A stretch of DNA of 64,000 bases from Macrostomum lignano (Eukaryota). The notes beneath the pieces were generated by a model. It was not told the origin of the DNA, made no database searches, and saw only the letters and a list, made by a program, of their open reading frames with translations. Location of the stretch: the NCBI GenBank assembly GCA_002269645.1, contig NIVC01000306.1, forward strand, positions 62,001 to 126,000, written 5' to 3'. Of this stretch, positions 36,301 to 52,465 are shown in pieces; the first letter of the stretch is position 1, and each line of letters opens with the position of its first letter. The translations under genes and the position numbers were made by a program.

Positions 36301-39300
36301 CGGATGAAGGGACAAATGAGGGGCGGATGAAGGAGCGGATGAAGGGGCGAAAAAATGGTTACAAATCAGATGAAAAGCAGTACATAAAAAGCGGCTGAAC
36401 AAAAGATGAAGAAGTGAGCACACCAAGCCAGCCCACCTGTCTCCAGGCCCCCTCGGCAAAGTCCGGACCCTCCAGACACAGCACGGCCGGCTCGTGCGCC
36501 TGCCCCAGACCGCCCAGCAACAGCAGCACGCTGCCACCGACGCCGCCACCGTCAGTTGAGCAGCCGCCGAGCCGCACCAAGCAGTGCTCAGCCCGAGGCC
36601 CTGGCAGTGCTGGTCCCGGCAGCCAGCGGCAGCCAGCGGCATCCCGAAGGTCCATCAGCCAGCAGTCATCCAGCAGCATCCCGTCGGACTCGCCGCCGAC
36701 AATCAACACGGCCTGACTCGACACCGTGTCGGCTGAGGCGGCGGCGAACAGACATCGACGCGACGGCAGCGACTCCATTGACTTCCATTCGCCGCTCCAG
36801 GCGTCCATGACGTCAACGGCTGTCAGGTCGGCGTCGTCTCGCCAACTGCGACCGCCGCGACCGCCGAGGTAGAGCAGGCGACTGCGGTTGCCGAGACGAG
36901 GCGTCGACGAAGCTGCCGATGTTGTTGTTATCGAGCTGGTCGCCTGCGGCGGTTGCAGCAGGCAGTCGAGACTGGCGTTGACTGAGGCGGCCATTCTCAG
37001 GGCGAGCGTCGATGATGATGAGGTGCTGGTGCTGGTGGACAAGTCCGTGCTGATCAGGCTGTACCGAATGTGCCAGCGAAGTTTTTCGCGGGCCGGAATC
37101 AGTCTAGCATCGGGGTCGGCGGCTGCCCAGCGGACCAAAGTGTAGCTGGAGCGTTCGGGAGAGTTGCTTTGAGGCTGGCTTGCTGCTTGTGGATCTGGGA
37201 GGCTGACCCAGAAACTGAGGATGTGGGAGGCTGGCCCAGCAACTGAGGATGTGGGAGGCTGGCCCAGCAACTGAGGATCTGGGAGGCTGGCCCAGCAACT
37301 GAGGATCTGGGAGGCTGGCCCAGCAACTGAGAATCTGAGAGGCTGGCCCAGCAACTGAGGATCTGGGAGGCTGGCCCAGCAACTGAGGATCTGGGAGGCT
37401 GGCCCAGCAACTGAGGATCTGGGAGGCTGGCCCAGCAACTGAGGATCTGGGAGGCTGGCCCAGCAACTGACACTCTGGGAGGCTGGCCCAGCAACTGACA
37501 CTCTGGGAGGCTGGCCCAGCAACTGAAGATGTGGGAGGCTGGCCCAGCAACTGAGGATCTGGGAGGCTGGCTCAGCAACTGAGGATCTGGGAGGCTGGCC
37601 CAGCAACTGAGGATCTGGGAGGCTGGCCCAGCAACTGAGAATCTGGGAGGCTGGCCCAGCAACTGAGAATCTGGGAGGCTGGCCCAGCAACTGAGGATCT
37701 GGGAGGCTGGCCCAGCAACTGAGAATCTGAGAGGCTGGCCCAGCAACTGAGGATCTGGGAGGCTGGCCCAGCAACTGAGGATCTGGGAGGCTGGCCCAGC
37801 AACTGAGGATCTGGGAGGCTGGCCCAGCAACTGAGGATCTGGGAGGCTGGCCCAGCAACTGACACTCTGGGAGGCTGGCCCAGCAACTGACACTCTGGGA
37901 GGCTGGCCCAGCAACTGAAGATGTGGGAGGCTGGCCCAGCAACTGAGGATCTGGGAGGCTGGCTCAGCAACTGAGGATCTGGGAGGCTGGCCCAGCAACT
38001 GAGGATCTGGGAGGCTGGCCCAGCAACTGAGAATCTGGGAGGCTGGCCCAGCAACTGAGAATCTGGGAGGCTGGCCCAGCAACTGAGGATCTGGGAGGCT
38101 GGCTAGTAGCACAAAATCACAGCCAGCGGTGCTCACAGTGCGTCAGTCTCGCATTGCACCCGCAGACATTCATCAGACAGCAATCGATCCATCAGCCAGT
38201 CGGGTGCACCATCAAGAGCTCCTGTGTCGGCGAGCTGTCGCGGTTCAGACCTCATGAAAGTGTAGGCGGCCTCTTTAAGCTGAGAGTCGCCGTGAGCATC
38301 GGCCAGAAGGTACAGCGGCACGCAGTTCTCGGCGCCGATGCAGGTCGACATGCCGACGCGAAGTCGGTCAAGAAGACAGTCGAGCTGGAGGAGGGCGGCG
38401 GCTTCGTACACCTGGAGGGGCGGCGTTGAAAAAATATTATGGCTTTTCATTATAGCTTACTAGCTGAGGGAAAGGTTATAAATAAAGGTCAGTATCAGGA
38501 AATTAACAAGTGTCAGGGATGCACCAACTATAGGTCAGGAAGGAGTCAACTATAATGTCAGGAAGGCGTCCACTATAGTGTCAGGAAGGCGTCAACTATA
38601 GTGTCAGGAAGGAGTCAACTATAGTGTCAGGAAGGCGTCAACTAGTGTCAGGAAGGCGCCAACTATAGTGTCAGGAAGGCGTCAACTATAGTGTCAGGAA
38701 GGAGTCAACTATAGTGTCAGGAAGGCATCAACTAGTGTCAGGAAGGAGACAGCTATAGTGCCAGAAAGACGTTAACTATAGTGTCAGGAAGGCGTCAACT
38801 AGTGTCAGGAAGGAGTCAACTATAGTGTCAGGAAGGCGTCAACTATAGTGTCAGGAAGGAGTCAACTATAGTGTCAGGAAGGCGTCAACTATAGTGTCAG
38901 GAAGGAGTCAACTATAGTGTCAGGAAGGCGTCAACTATAGTGTCAGGAAGGCGTCAACTATAGTGTCAGGAAGGAGTCAACTATAGTGTCAGGGATGCGC
39001 CAACTATAGTGTCAGGAAGGCATCAACTAGTGTCAGGAAGGAGACAACTATAGTGTCAGGAAGGCGTCAACTAGTGTCAGGAAGGAGACAGCTATAGTGC
39101 CAGAATGACGTCAACTATAGTGTCAGGAAACAAATAAAAGTTAAAACACTTCGAATTACCTCTTGCGCAATATCCGGCGAAAACTCGAACTCGCCCGTGT
39201 ACACAAATCGAAGCACAATTTCCAGCGCTTCCGGCGCCACGGCGCGCAATCTAACGCTGGCGCCGGGTGCAGCCAGAGGCGCGCCGTTGGCTCTAGGCGC

Positions 39301-39510
39301 GAATAGGGCGCGAAAATAGGGCGTAGCGGCGGCAAGAACTGCTCGATGCGCGGGGAATTTGCGAACGGATGATGAGCTGGCGGCCTTCTCAGCCTCGTCA
39401 GATGCTGCCTCATCTCTTGAGGCAATCAGGCAGACGTCTGACAGTTCGGCGCTGTCATAGAGACTGGACAGACCGGTCAGCAAGACCGCACTCCACGACA
39501 ACGGCTGAGA
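33379..39510 (-). CDS. Kelch-like protein (BTB-BACK-6xKelch), Cullin3-adaptor type; initiator codon not found
   Basis: Exons ~39510-39160 (BTB: LSDVCLI...KFPAHRAVLAAATPYFRALF...LEIVLRFVYTG), 38411-38137 (BACK: ENCVPLYLLADAHG), 37145-36437 and 33954-33379 (six GG-containing kelch blades, e.g. LYCLGGG, IFVIGGE, WRRMPDLPAP). Confidence 0.9.
33960..36350. repeat. 13-bp monomer satellite (ggcggatgaaggg) arranged as a ~451-bp higher-order repeat, 5 copies
   Basis: The diagnostic variant aaaaagcggatgaaggggcgaatg recurs at 34019, 34470, 34920, 35371 and 35822. Confidence 0.93.
37185..38105. repeat. 28-bp minisatellite (gaggatctgggaggctggcccagcaact)
   Basis: Direct reading; Kelch gene intron. Confidence 0.96.
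38520..39130. repeat. 23-bp minisatellite (gtcaactatagtgtcaggaaggc)
   Basis: Direct reading. Confidence 0.94.
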
Positions 39511-39584
39511 CTGCTCAGCGGCGGTGCAATGAAGGAAATAGGGAATTAACTCTGGGTTCTTTAAAACTCTATTTTGGAAGATTC

Positions 39585-41380
39585 TGTGTGGGATCTGAAG
39601 AGAGATTTTGCAGATTGTTCGGTGTGGGATCTCAAGATTCAGTGTGGGATCTCAAGATTCAGTGTGGGATCTCAAGATTCAGTGTGGGATCTCAAGATTC
39701 AGTGTGGGATCTCAAGATTCAGTGTGGGATCTCAAGGGTCGGTGTTGGATCTCATGATTCAGTGTGGGATCTCAAGAGTCAGTGTGGGATTTTATAATTC
39801 AGTGTGGGATCTCAAGATTTAGTGTGGGATCTCAAAGGGTCGGTGTGGGATTCTGCGATTCAGTGTGGGATCTCAAGGGTCGGTGTGGGATCTCAAAGGG
39901 TCGGTGTGGGGTTTCAAGAGTCGGTGTGGGATTTCAAGATTTAGTGTGGGATCTCAAGGGTCGGTGTGGGATATCAAGATTCAGTGTGGGATCTCATGAT
40001 TCAGTGTGGGATCTCAAGATTCAGTGTGGGATCTCAAGGGTCGGTGTGGGATTTCAAGATTCAGTGTGGGATCTCATGATTCAGTGTGGGATCTCAAGAT
40101 TCAGTGTGGGATCTCAAGGGTCGGTGTGGGATTTCAAGATTCAGTGTGGGATCTCAAGATTCAGTGTGGGATCTCAAGGGTCGGTGTGGGATCTCAAGAT
40201 TCAGTGTGGGATCTCATGATTCAGTGTGGGATCTCAAGGGTCGGTGTGGGATTTCAAGATTCAGTGTGGGATCTCAAGGGTCGGTGTGGGATATCAAGAT
40301 TCAGTGTGGGATCTCAAGGGTCGGTGTGGGATTTCAAGATTCAGTGTGGGATCTCAAAGGGTCAGTGTGGGATTCTGCGATTCAGTGTGGGATCTCAAGG
40401 GTCGGTGTGGGATATTAAGGTTCAGTGTGGGATCTCAAAGGGTCGGTGTGGGGTTTCAAGGGTCGGTGTGGGATTTCAAGATTCAGTGTGGGATCTCAAA
40501 GGGTCGGTGTGGGATCTCAAGATTCAGGGTGGGATCTCATGATTCAGTGTGGGATCTCATGATTCAGTGTGGGATCTCATGATTCAGTGTGGGATCTGAA
40601 GATTCAGTGTGGGATCTCATAATTCAGTGTGGGATCTCAAGATTCAGTGTGGGATCTCAAAGGGTCGGTGTGGGATTCTGCGATTCAGTGTGGGATCTCA
40701 AGGGTCGGTGTGGGATATTAAGGTTCAGTGTGGGATCTCAAAGGGTCGGTGTGGGGTTTCAAGGGTCGGTGTGGGGTTTCAAGGGTCGGTGTGGGATTTC
40801 AAGATTTAGTGTGGGATCTCAAGGGTCGGTGTGGGATCTCAAGATTCAGTGTGGGATCTCATGATTCAGTGTGGGATCTCAAGATTCAGTGTGGGATCTC
40901 AAGATTCAGTGTGGGATCTCATGATTCAGTGTGGGATCTCAAGATTCAGTGTGGGATCTCAAAGGGTCGGTGTGGGATTCTGAAATTCAGTGTGGGATCT
41001 CAAGGGTCGGTGTGGGATATTAAGGTTCAGTGTGGGATCTCAAAGGGTCGGTGTGGGGTTTCAAGGGTCGGTGTGGGATTTCAAGATTTAGTGTGGGATC
41101 TCAAGGGTCGGTGTGGGATACCAAGATTCAGTGTGGGATCTCAAGATTTAGTGTGGGATCTCAAGATTCAGTGTGGGATCTCATGATTCAGTGTGGGATC
41201 TCAAGATTTAGTGTGGGATCTCATGTTTTAGTGTGGGATATCAAAGGGTCAGTGTGGGGTCTCAAGGGTCGGTGTGGTATTTCAAGATTCAGTGTGGGAT
41301 CTCAAGATTCCGTGTGGGATCTCATGATTCCGTGTGGGATCTCAAGATTTAGTGTGTGATTTAAATATTGAGTGGGATCT
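39585..41380. repeat. 20-bp minisatellite (gtgtgggatctcaagattca)
   Basis: Direct reading, about 1.8 kb. Confidence 0.96.
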
Positions 41381-42191
41381 CAGAGCAACTATGCTATAGG
41401 AGAAACTAGGGTGGGTTCTCACAGTACTTTATAGTTTATATTTTTAGAAATTGCAAATGAAAAGTTCAGAAAAGATTCTGTCTTAAAACAATGCTAATAT
41501 AACTGTTTAAGAATGTTTAAGTTTAACTAGAATTTTTAGTTTATTAATAGAGTTAATCAGTTTATAAACTAATCTATAACAGCTGGGCTATGGCTTATAA
41601 ATGGATATAAAGTTTAGACAAATAAACTATGACTAGTTATACACAACAGTAAAGTAATGCAATAGTTATAGATATATAAAATAGAAAAAATGGTGAAAAA
41701 CACTCTGAACTCAAAAGTTCGAATGAAATCACAATAATTGAAGAAAACAGGACAAAAAATGTCATAAAATTGCGTGTGTGCTGAAATTTCAAATCGATGA
41801 CTAGGAAAAGGTGGGATCCCATGGAATTATAAAAGTACACATTTTAATTGAGGAATGCTATATGCTACTCGTGGGATATGAAAGAAAATGATTTCAATTA
41901 TATTATTGAAGTACGAGAAGCACGTGATAAATGATGTATTGCAGTTTAGCAAACGGACACGCAGTCAACTAACTAAATAACGGAACTTCTAAAACAAAGC
42001 GCAAAAATTACTAGAAATGAAAACAAAGTTTAAAATAATTTTTAGTTGCTACTTATAATGATAGTAGTAATATGTGGCTAAATAGCAGTGGCAGGTTAAA
42101 GCATTATTTTATCTAATTGGGAATATAAGTCAATAGCAAATGTATACTATCATTATTATGCTTGAGTGGGTTTTTAGATAAACAGCATAAC

Positions 42192-42278
42192 TGAAAAAAG
42201 TCTAGAAATACGTCGGGTAAACGGCGGGAGTAACTGTTACTTCAGTTTAATAGGCGATTGCCACGTCAGCTAATTAGT
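42192..42278 (+). pseudogene. Decayed 28S (LSU) rRNA fragment, H68-H71 region
   Basis: Exact 22-mer CGGGTAAACGGCGGGAGTAACT (42214-42235), then TGCCACGTCAGCTAATTAGT, collinear with 28S ...GCGCGGGTAAACGGCGGGAGTAACTATGACTCTCTTAAGGTAGCCAAATGCCTCGTCATCTAATTAGT. Confidence 0.75.
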
Positions 42279-42324
42279 TTAAGTTATTGAGATTCTTTGT
42301 CCCTGCTATCAGTGAAGCCCAAAT

Positions 42325-45300
42325 TCACATTGGCCTCTGCTGCGGACCTCCGGTTGGGCCGCCGCCACCACCACCGCCGCTGCCGCCGCCGCCACCGCCG
42401 CCGCCGCTGTACGGACTGTGCGGCCCCATCGATGATGACGATGGTGGCGGCGGTCCTCCGCCGCCGCCCCCGCCTCCACCGCCGCCCGCAAATCCGCCTC
42501 CAGGACCACCGCCACCCATCGGCGGCTGCTGCGGGCCGCCGCCGTAGCCTCCACCGCCACCGCCGCCTCCCAACATCTGGAGAGAATTTTTTGTGTTAGC
42601 GAGGTTTTGGGGGTGTGTACACTAAAATTTATTAGTATGTAATCCAAATTTTATTCGCATGTACACAAATTTCTTTTAGTATGTACACAGAAGTTGTGAA
42701 AATCTAAAATCGTTTACAAACAACATATAATTGTGTACACAAAATCTACAATCGTGTATCAAAAGACTAGAATCATATAAAAATAATCTAGAAACATTTA
42801 TAAACAATCTAGAATCGTGTACATGCAATCTAGAATCTTTTACAAACAATTTAGAATCGCGTACAATTTAGAATCGTGTACACAAATTCTAGAATACTGT
42901 ACAAACAGTCTAAAATCGTGTACAAACTATCTAGAATCGTGTACAAGAGAGTATAATTATTTACAAAAAATCTAGAGCCGTGTACAAACAACTTATAATC
43001 GTGTACAAAATATCTACAATCGTGAACCAAAAGTCTAGAATCATTTAAAAAATCTAGAGACGTGTACAAAACATCTAGAATCGTGCACAAACGATTTAGA
43101 ATCGTGTACAAACAATCTAGAGTCGTGTACACATAACCTAAAGTCGTGTACACATAATCCAGAATCGTGTACACGCAATCTAGAATATTTTACGAACAAT
43201 TTAGAACCGTGTAAATCTAGAACCGTGTACATAAATTCTAGAATCGTGTACAAACAATCTAGAACCGTGTACATAAATTCTAGAACCGTGTACAAACAAT
43301 CTAGAACCGTGTACAAACAATCTAGAATCGTGTACACACAATCTAGAATCGTGTACACACAATCTAAAATCGTGTACACAGAATGTAGAGTCATGTATAC
43401 ATAATCTAGAATCGTGTACACAGAATGTAGAGTCATGTATACATAATCTAGAATCGTGTACACAAAATGTAGAATCATGTACACACAATTTAGAATCGTG
43501 TACACAGAATGTAGAATCATGTACACACAATCTAGAATCGTGTACACAGAATGTAGAATCATGTACACACAATCTAGAATCGTGTACACAGAATGTAGAA
43601 TCATGTACACACAATCTAGAATCGTGTACAAACAAGCGTGTACAATCTAGAATGACAAACCTGCTGTTGCTGCTGCGGCCCGCCGCCCATGGGACCCCTT
43701 GGCCCGCCGCCACCGCCCATCATGCCCATCATAGGCGGGCCGCCCCTGGTCGGAGAGGCCTGACGCGACTGTCTCGACTGATGAAACGACGACGGCGGTC
43801 CGCCGCCATCGGCGCCGTAGCTCTGCGACATCCGCCTTGGCGGCGGCATCGAGCCGGGACCGCCGCCGCCGCCCATCATCGACTGCGGAGCCGGCGGCTG
43901 CTGCTGCATGTGGTTTTGAGAGTCGAACCCACCGCCGCCATCACCGCGACCCATCGGAGGTCCGCCGCTGAAATAATAATGAAAGAATGCTTGAACAGAC
44001 TCCACGATCCTTCAATTGATGTTTGTACCCCTCAGATGCTTCAGTGACCTCCTCTGCCTCCCTCAGATGCTTCAGTGACCTCCTCTGCCTCCCCTCAGAT
44101 GCTTCAGTGACCTCCTCTGCCTCCCTCAGATGCTTCAGTGACCTCCTCTGCCTCCCTCAGATGCTTCAGTGACCTCCTCTGCCTCCCCTCAGATGCTTCA
44201 GTGACCTCCTCTGCCTCCCCTCAGATGCTTCAGTGACCTCCTCTGCCTCCCCTCAGATGCTTCAGTGACCTCCTCTGCCTCCCTCAGATGCTTCAGTGAC
44301 CTCCTCTGCCTCCCCTCAGATGCTTCAGTGACCTCCTCTGCCTCCCTCAGATGCTTCAGTGACCTCCTCTGCCTCCCCTCAGATGCTTCAGTGACCTCCT
44401 CTGCCTCCTCTCAGATGCTTCAGTGACCTCCTCCCTCTGCCTCCCTCAGATGCTTCAGTGACCCTCTGCCTCCCCTCAGATGCTTCAGTGACCTCCTCTG
44501 CCTCCCCTCAGATGCTTCAGTGACCTCCTCTGCCTCCCTCAGATGCTTCAGTGACCTCCTCTGCCTCCCCTCAGATGCTTCAGTGACCTCCTCTGCCTCC
44601 CTCAGATGCTTCAGTGACCTCCTCTGCCTCCCTCAGATGCTTCAGTGACCTCCTCTGCCTCCCCTCAGATGCTTCAGTGACCTCCTCTGCCTCCCCTCAG
44701 ATGCTTCAGTGACCTCCTCTGCCTCCCCTCAGATGCTTCAGTGACCTCCTCTGCCTCCCTCAGATGCTTCAGTGACCTCCTCTGCCTCCCCTCAGATGCT
44801 TCAGTGACCTCCTCTGCCTCCCTCAGATGCTTCAGTGACCTCCTCTGCCTCCCCTCAGATGCTTCAGTGACCTCCTCTGCCTCCTCTCAGATGCTTCAGT
44901 GACCTCCTCCCTCTGCCTCCCCTCAGATGCTTCCGTGACCTCCTCCCTCTGCCTCCCCTCAGATGCTTCCGTGACCTCCTCTGCCCCCTCAGATGCTTCC
45001 GTGACCTCCTCCCTCTGCCTCCCCTCAGATGCTTCAGTGACCTCCTTCCTCTGCCTCCCCTCAGATGCTTCAGTGACCTCCTCTGCCTCCCCTCAGATGC
45101 TTCAGTGACCTCCTCCCTCTGCCTCCCCTCAGATGCTTCCGTGACCTCCTCCCTCTGCCTCCCCTCAGATGCTTCCGTGACCTCCTCTGCCCCCTCAGAT
45201 GCTTCCGTGACCTCCTCCCTCTGCCTCCCCTCAGATGCTTCAGTGACCTCCCCTGCCCCCTCAGATGCTTCCGTGACCTCCTCCCTCTGCCTCCCCTCAG

Positions 45301-47075
45301 ATGCTTCAGTGAACTACTCAAAAATGTATTTCTGAGTCTCACCGATAGTTTTGCTGTTGCATGTGTGGCGGCATCTGCTGCTGGTGCTGCATGTGCGGCG
45401 GCATCATGTGCTGCTGCTGCTGTTGCATCGGTGGTGGCAGTCCACCGCCTCCTCCAGCTCCGGTGGACACGGCCAGCCTCGAGGCCGCCGCCTGCAGCTG
45501 ATCCAAGGCGCCGGCTGCCCGATCCCGAATCGACTGTAGGTCCTGCGATGCGGCGGGGATGATGTGATTTTGAGAAATAGTTTATGGAAATCAGAAATTG
45601 AAAATGGGGATTTGGAATTCCAATATCCTCCCAGCCCTTGATTTTTATAATACTCCATCCAAAGTTTCAAATCTTCATCCCTTATTCGCAAAAATACTCA
45701 TCTCTAATTTTCTGAATCACCAAAATCCCCGACCCTTATCTCCCCGATCCTCATCTCTCGTAATTTTCCAAATCCCCAACCCTAATTTCGTAAATCCCAA
45801 TCTCTAACTTCCCTAATCCCCATCCATAATTTTCTACATACCCGTGTCTAATTCCCCAAATCCCAATCTCTAACATCCCAAATCCCCACGCCTAACTTCC
45901 CTAATCCCCATCCATAATTTTCTACATACCCGTGTCTAATTCCCCAAATCCCAATCTCTAACATCCCAAATCCCCACGCCTAACTTCCCAAATCCCCAAC
46001 ACTAACTTCCCTAATCCCGACCCTAATTTCCCAAATCCCCAATCTCTAATTTCCCAAATCCCCATCTCTAATTTCCCAAATCCCCAATCTCTAATTTCCC
46101 AAATCCCCCATCTCTAATTTCCCAAATCCCAATATCTAATTTCCAAAATCTCCCATCTCTAATTTCCGAAATCCCCAATCTCTAATTTCCCAAATCCCCC
46201 ATCTCTAATTTCCCAAATCCCCCATCTCTAATTTCCCAAATCCCCAATCTCTAATTTCCCAAATCCCCCATCTCTAATTTCCCAAATCCCAATATCTAAT
46301 TTCCAAAATCTCCCATCTCTAATTTCCGAAATCCCCAATCTCTAATTTCCCAAATCCCCCATCTCTAATTTCCCAAATCCCCCATCTCTAATTTCCCAAA
46401 TCCCCCATCTCTAATTTCCAAAATCCCCAATCTCTAATTTCCCAAATCCCCCATCTCTAATTTCCCAAATCCCCAATCTCTAATTTCCCAAATCCCCAAT
46501 CTCTAATTTCCCAAATCCCCAATCTCTAATTTCCCAAATCCCCCATCTCTAATTTCCCAAATCCCAATATCTAATTTCCCAAATCCCAATATCTAATTTC
46601 CAAAATCCCTAAATCCACGCGTCCCAACCTGCACAGCCCGCAGTCCAGCGGGATGCCCAGCAAACAATCCAGCCGCGGCGGCCTCTCTACCCGGCAGGCA
46701 GACGCGCAAACGCAGGACGCTGTTGCTTCCAGTTCCGCCGCTGGCTCGAAGGTAGGCGCTGTTAATAGCGAATGACAAATCGGAGTCGTCTGCAATGGTA
46801 ACCAGATCGCCATCTTCATCCGTGTACTTAATCAATGTTGAATCGTCTTGGCTGACGCCTCCGCCACTGCCACTGCCAGGATAAACCCACTTGTGACGAA
46901 ACACTCGCTGCAGCATTTGCAACAGTTCGTCGTAAGTGAGCAGACTCTCGTCCGTTAGCAGCGGAATTCGACGAATATCGTCGTCGAGTTGTACTTTTAA
47001 AACGAGTTTACCGCCGCTCATACCGCTGGTCATTCCGCCGCCAATAGCGGACACTGGGGGGCCCTGTTGATACAT
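42325..47075 (-). CDS. TFG: TRK-fused gene protein (PB1 domain, coiled coil, P/Q/G-rich tail), ~398 aa
   Basis: Exons 47075-46629, 45533-45343, 43967-43661, 42576-42325. The PB1 domain GKLVLKVQLDDDIRRIP...TYDELLQMLQRVF...IKYTDEDGDLVTIADDSDLSFAI matches TFG. SIRDRAAGALDQL corresponds to the TFG coiled coil. Confidence 0.92.
42720..43650. repeat. Degenerate ~21-bp minisatellite (tctagaatcgtgtacacaa-type)
   Basis: Direct reading; TFG intron 3. Confidence 0.88.
44025..45312. repeat. 31-32-bp minisatellite (ccctcagatgcttcagtgacctcctctgcct)
   Basis: Direct reading; TFG intron 2. Confidence 0.96.
45780..46615. repeat. ~22-23-bp minisatellite (tctctaatttcccaaatcccca)
   Basis: Direct reading; TFG intron 1. 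Confidence 0.93.
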
Positions 47076-48820
47076 GAAATTTACGGATTGCTTTGAAACT
47101 CTTTAATTATTATTTGAACAACTAGTTGTCAAATTACAAAAAATATTAATTTTTCTTATTAAAATATTAGTTAGTCACTTGCTCTAGATAAAAAAAGCTA
47201 AAATTTCATTTTGCTCAATAGGTTTCTCATTAAAAGACTCTCATTTTAATCAAAAGTTTTACAAAATATATTGCAAAAGCTGAATAGTATAATAGCAATT
47301 AATAAATTCTGGCATTCCTTATACATCATTTTGGCAAAGTTGATTGACTCAAATATTAACTCTAAGAAATGTGATCTAGACCTTGAATAACACAGACCTT
47401 AATAATCAATAAATAGTTAATAATATCATAAGATCTATATATTCAACTTAAAAGAAATTGATGTGACTAAATAGGTAAGACATAAACAAATAGTCTAGTA
47501 TTTAAAATCCAATTACAGAAACTTACAGAAACTAACAATTACTAAGAAGACTCAATTTATCTCTTAAATTATGCAAGTCATAAGTGCTCAGTCTGGTCAT
47601 AAACATAGTTGATTAAAATAGACTCATAATCATAAATCATATTTAAAAAATACACTACAAGTCTACATTACATTTCGTTCCTACAGTCCATTGGTCCACA
47701 GTTTATAAAGTTTACCGAAAAATTGAAATACAAGTAAATACCACAAACACTACATCACTTGTCGACGTTGTCGTTGCCCTATAAAGTAGAGCTCTATCAA
47801 GCCACGATAATTGAAATTCACGATATTGTTGTCAGTTAAATAATATAGAGAAGCTTTATAATGTTTAACAAAAGTAAAATCATTTAATTTTTACTATGTT
47901 GTAAATTGTTATCTTTAAAAGTAAAGTATGTTTATTAAAACAATCTTTTCCAACTAGTAACGGAAAGTTAAAAATACTAACCATATCTTTCATTTTCTTT
48001 AGCGACCATATGATCATTTAATTTAGAATTTGACTTCTTTTACTAGGGCCAAGGCTTCGAACCGGTATACATCCCCTGATGACTGATCGATATTTCAGTT
48101 TGCATTGCAATTGCAGGGCTTAATTACGCCCAAATTCGTTGCGCGTTAACATACTAGCAGTTTTTTTTCGAAAATTCTTCATGCTAGTCTGGTCGCATAA
48201 TTTATTTACACACTTGTATTGTAAAGATAATATTATCAATTTGGATTTCATTGATTTCATTGATAGCTACTTACTGCTACAGTTACATGATTGCGGTATT
48301 GCCTCATAATTTCAGTCCCTCCTTGATTTTATTGTTATAAGGGTCCTTGTATGCTAAAATAGCTATTTTTGACATATTTTTTTAATTTAGTTCTTAGTAT
48401 TTTCTACTTCTTGGGTGGCTTGGCAGAATGTCTTTAATACAGCATTAAAAGTACCTCGTACTTTTAAAATGTATAATGAAAAGCACAACCATTTTAGAGA
48501 TGCATGCTTTTATGTACTTATGTCCTACACATTACCAGTTTTATTGTCAGCTTTAGAAAGAATGCTAGACTTTGTAAAAAATCGATGCCATTATATATAG
48601 ATAAAATTAAGTAATTATTATTCTTTAGACTTTAAAGCAAATTTATTTCAGTATTTCAGTTGTTTTTACGAGTGTTCAAAATGTAATTTTGCCTATAATA
48701 TTGACATCTCTTTTTAACTTGTAATTCTTGCTCTCATGTAATTTTTTATATTAAAAAAAACAATTTAAACGGGAAAAATTATTTCTAATCTTGCATGTTA
48801 AACAGTCAACCAACTCCGCC

Positions 48821-52465
<3,645 letters not shown>

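Noticed and set aside
33485-36642. 1087-, 931- and 768-aa Pro/Ser-rich ORFs
   Set aside because: They read through the 13-bp satellite intron. Only 33954-33379 and 37145-36437 are real Kelch exons.
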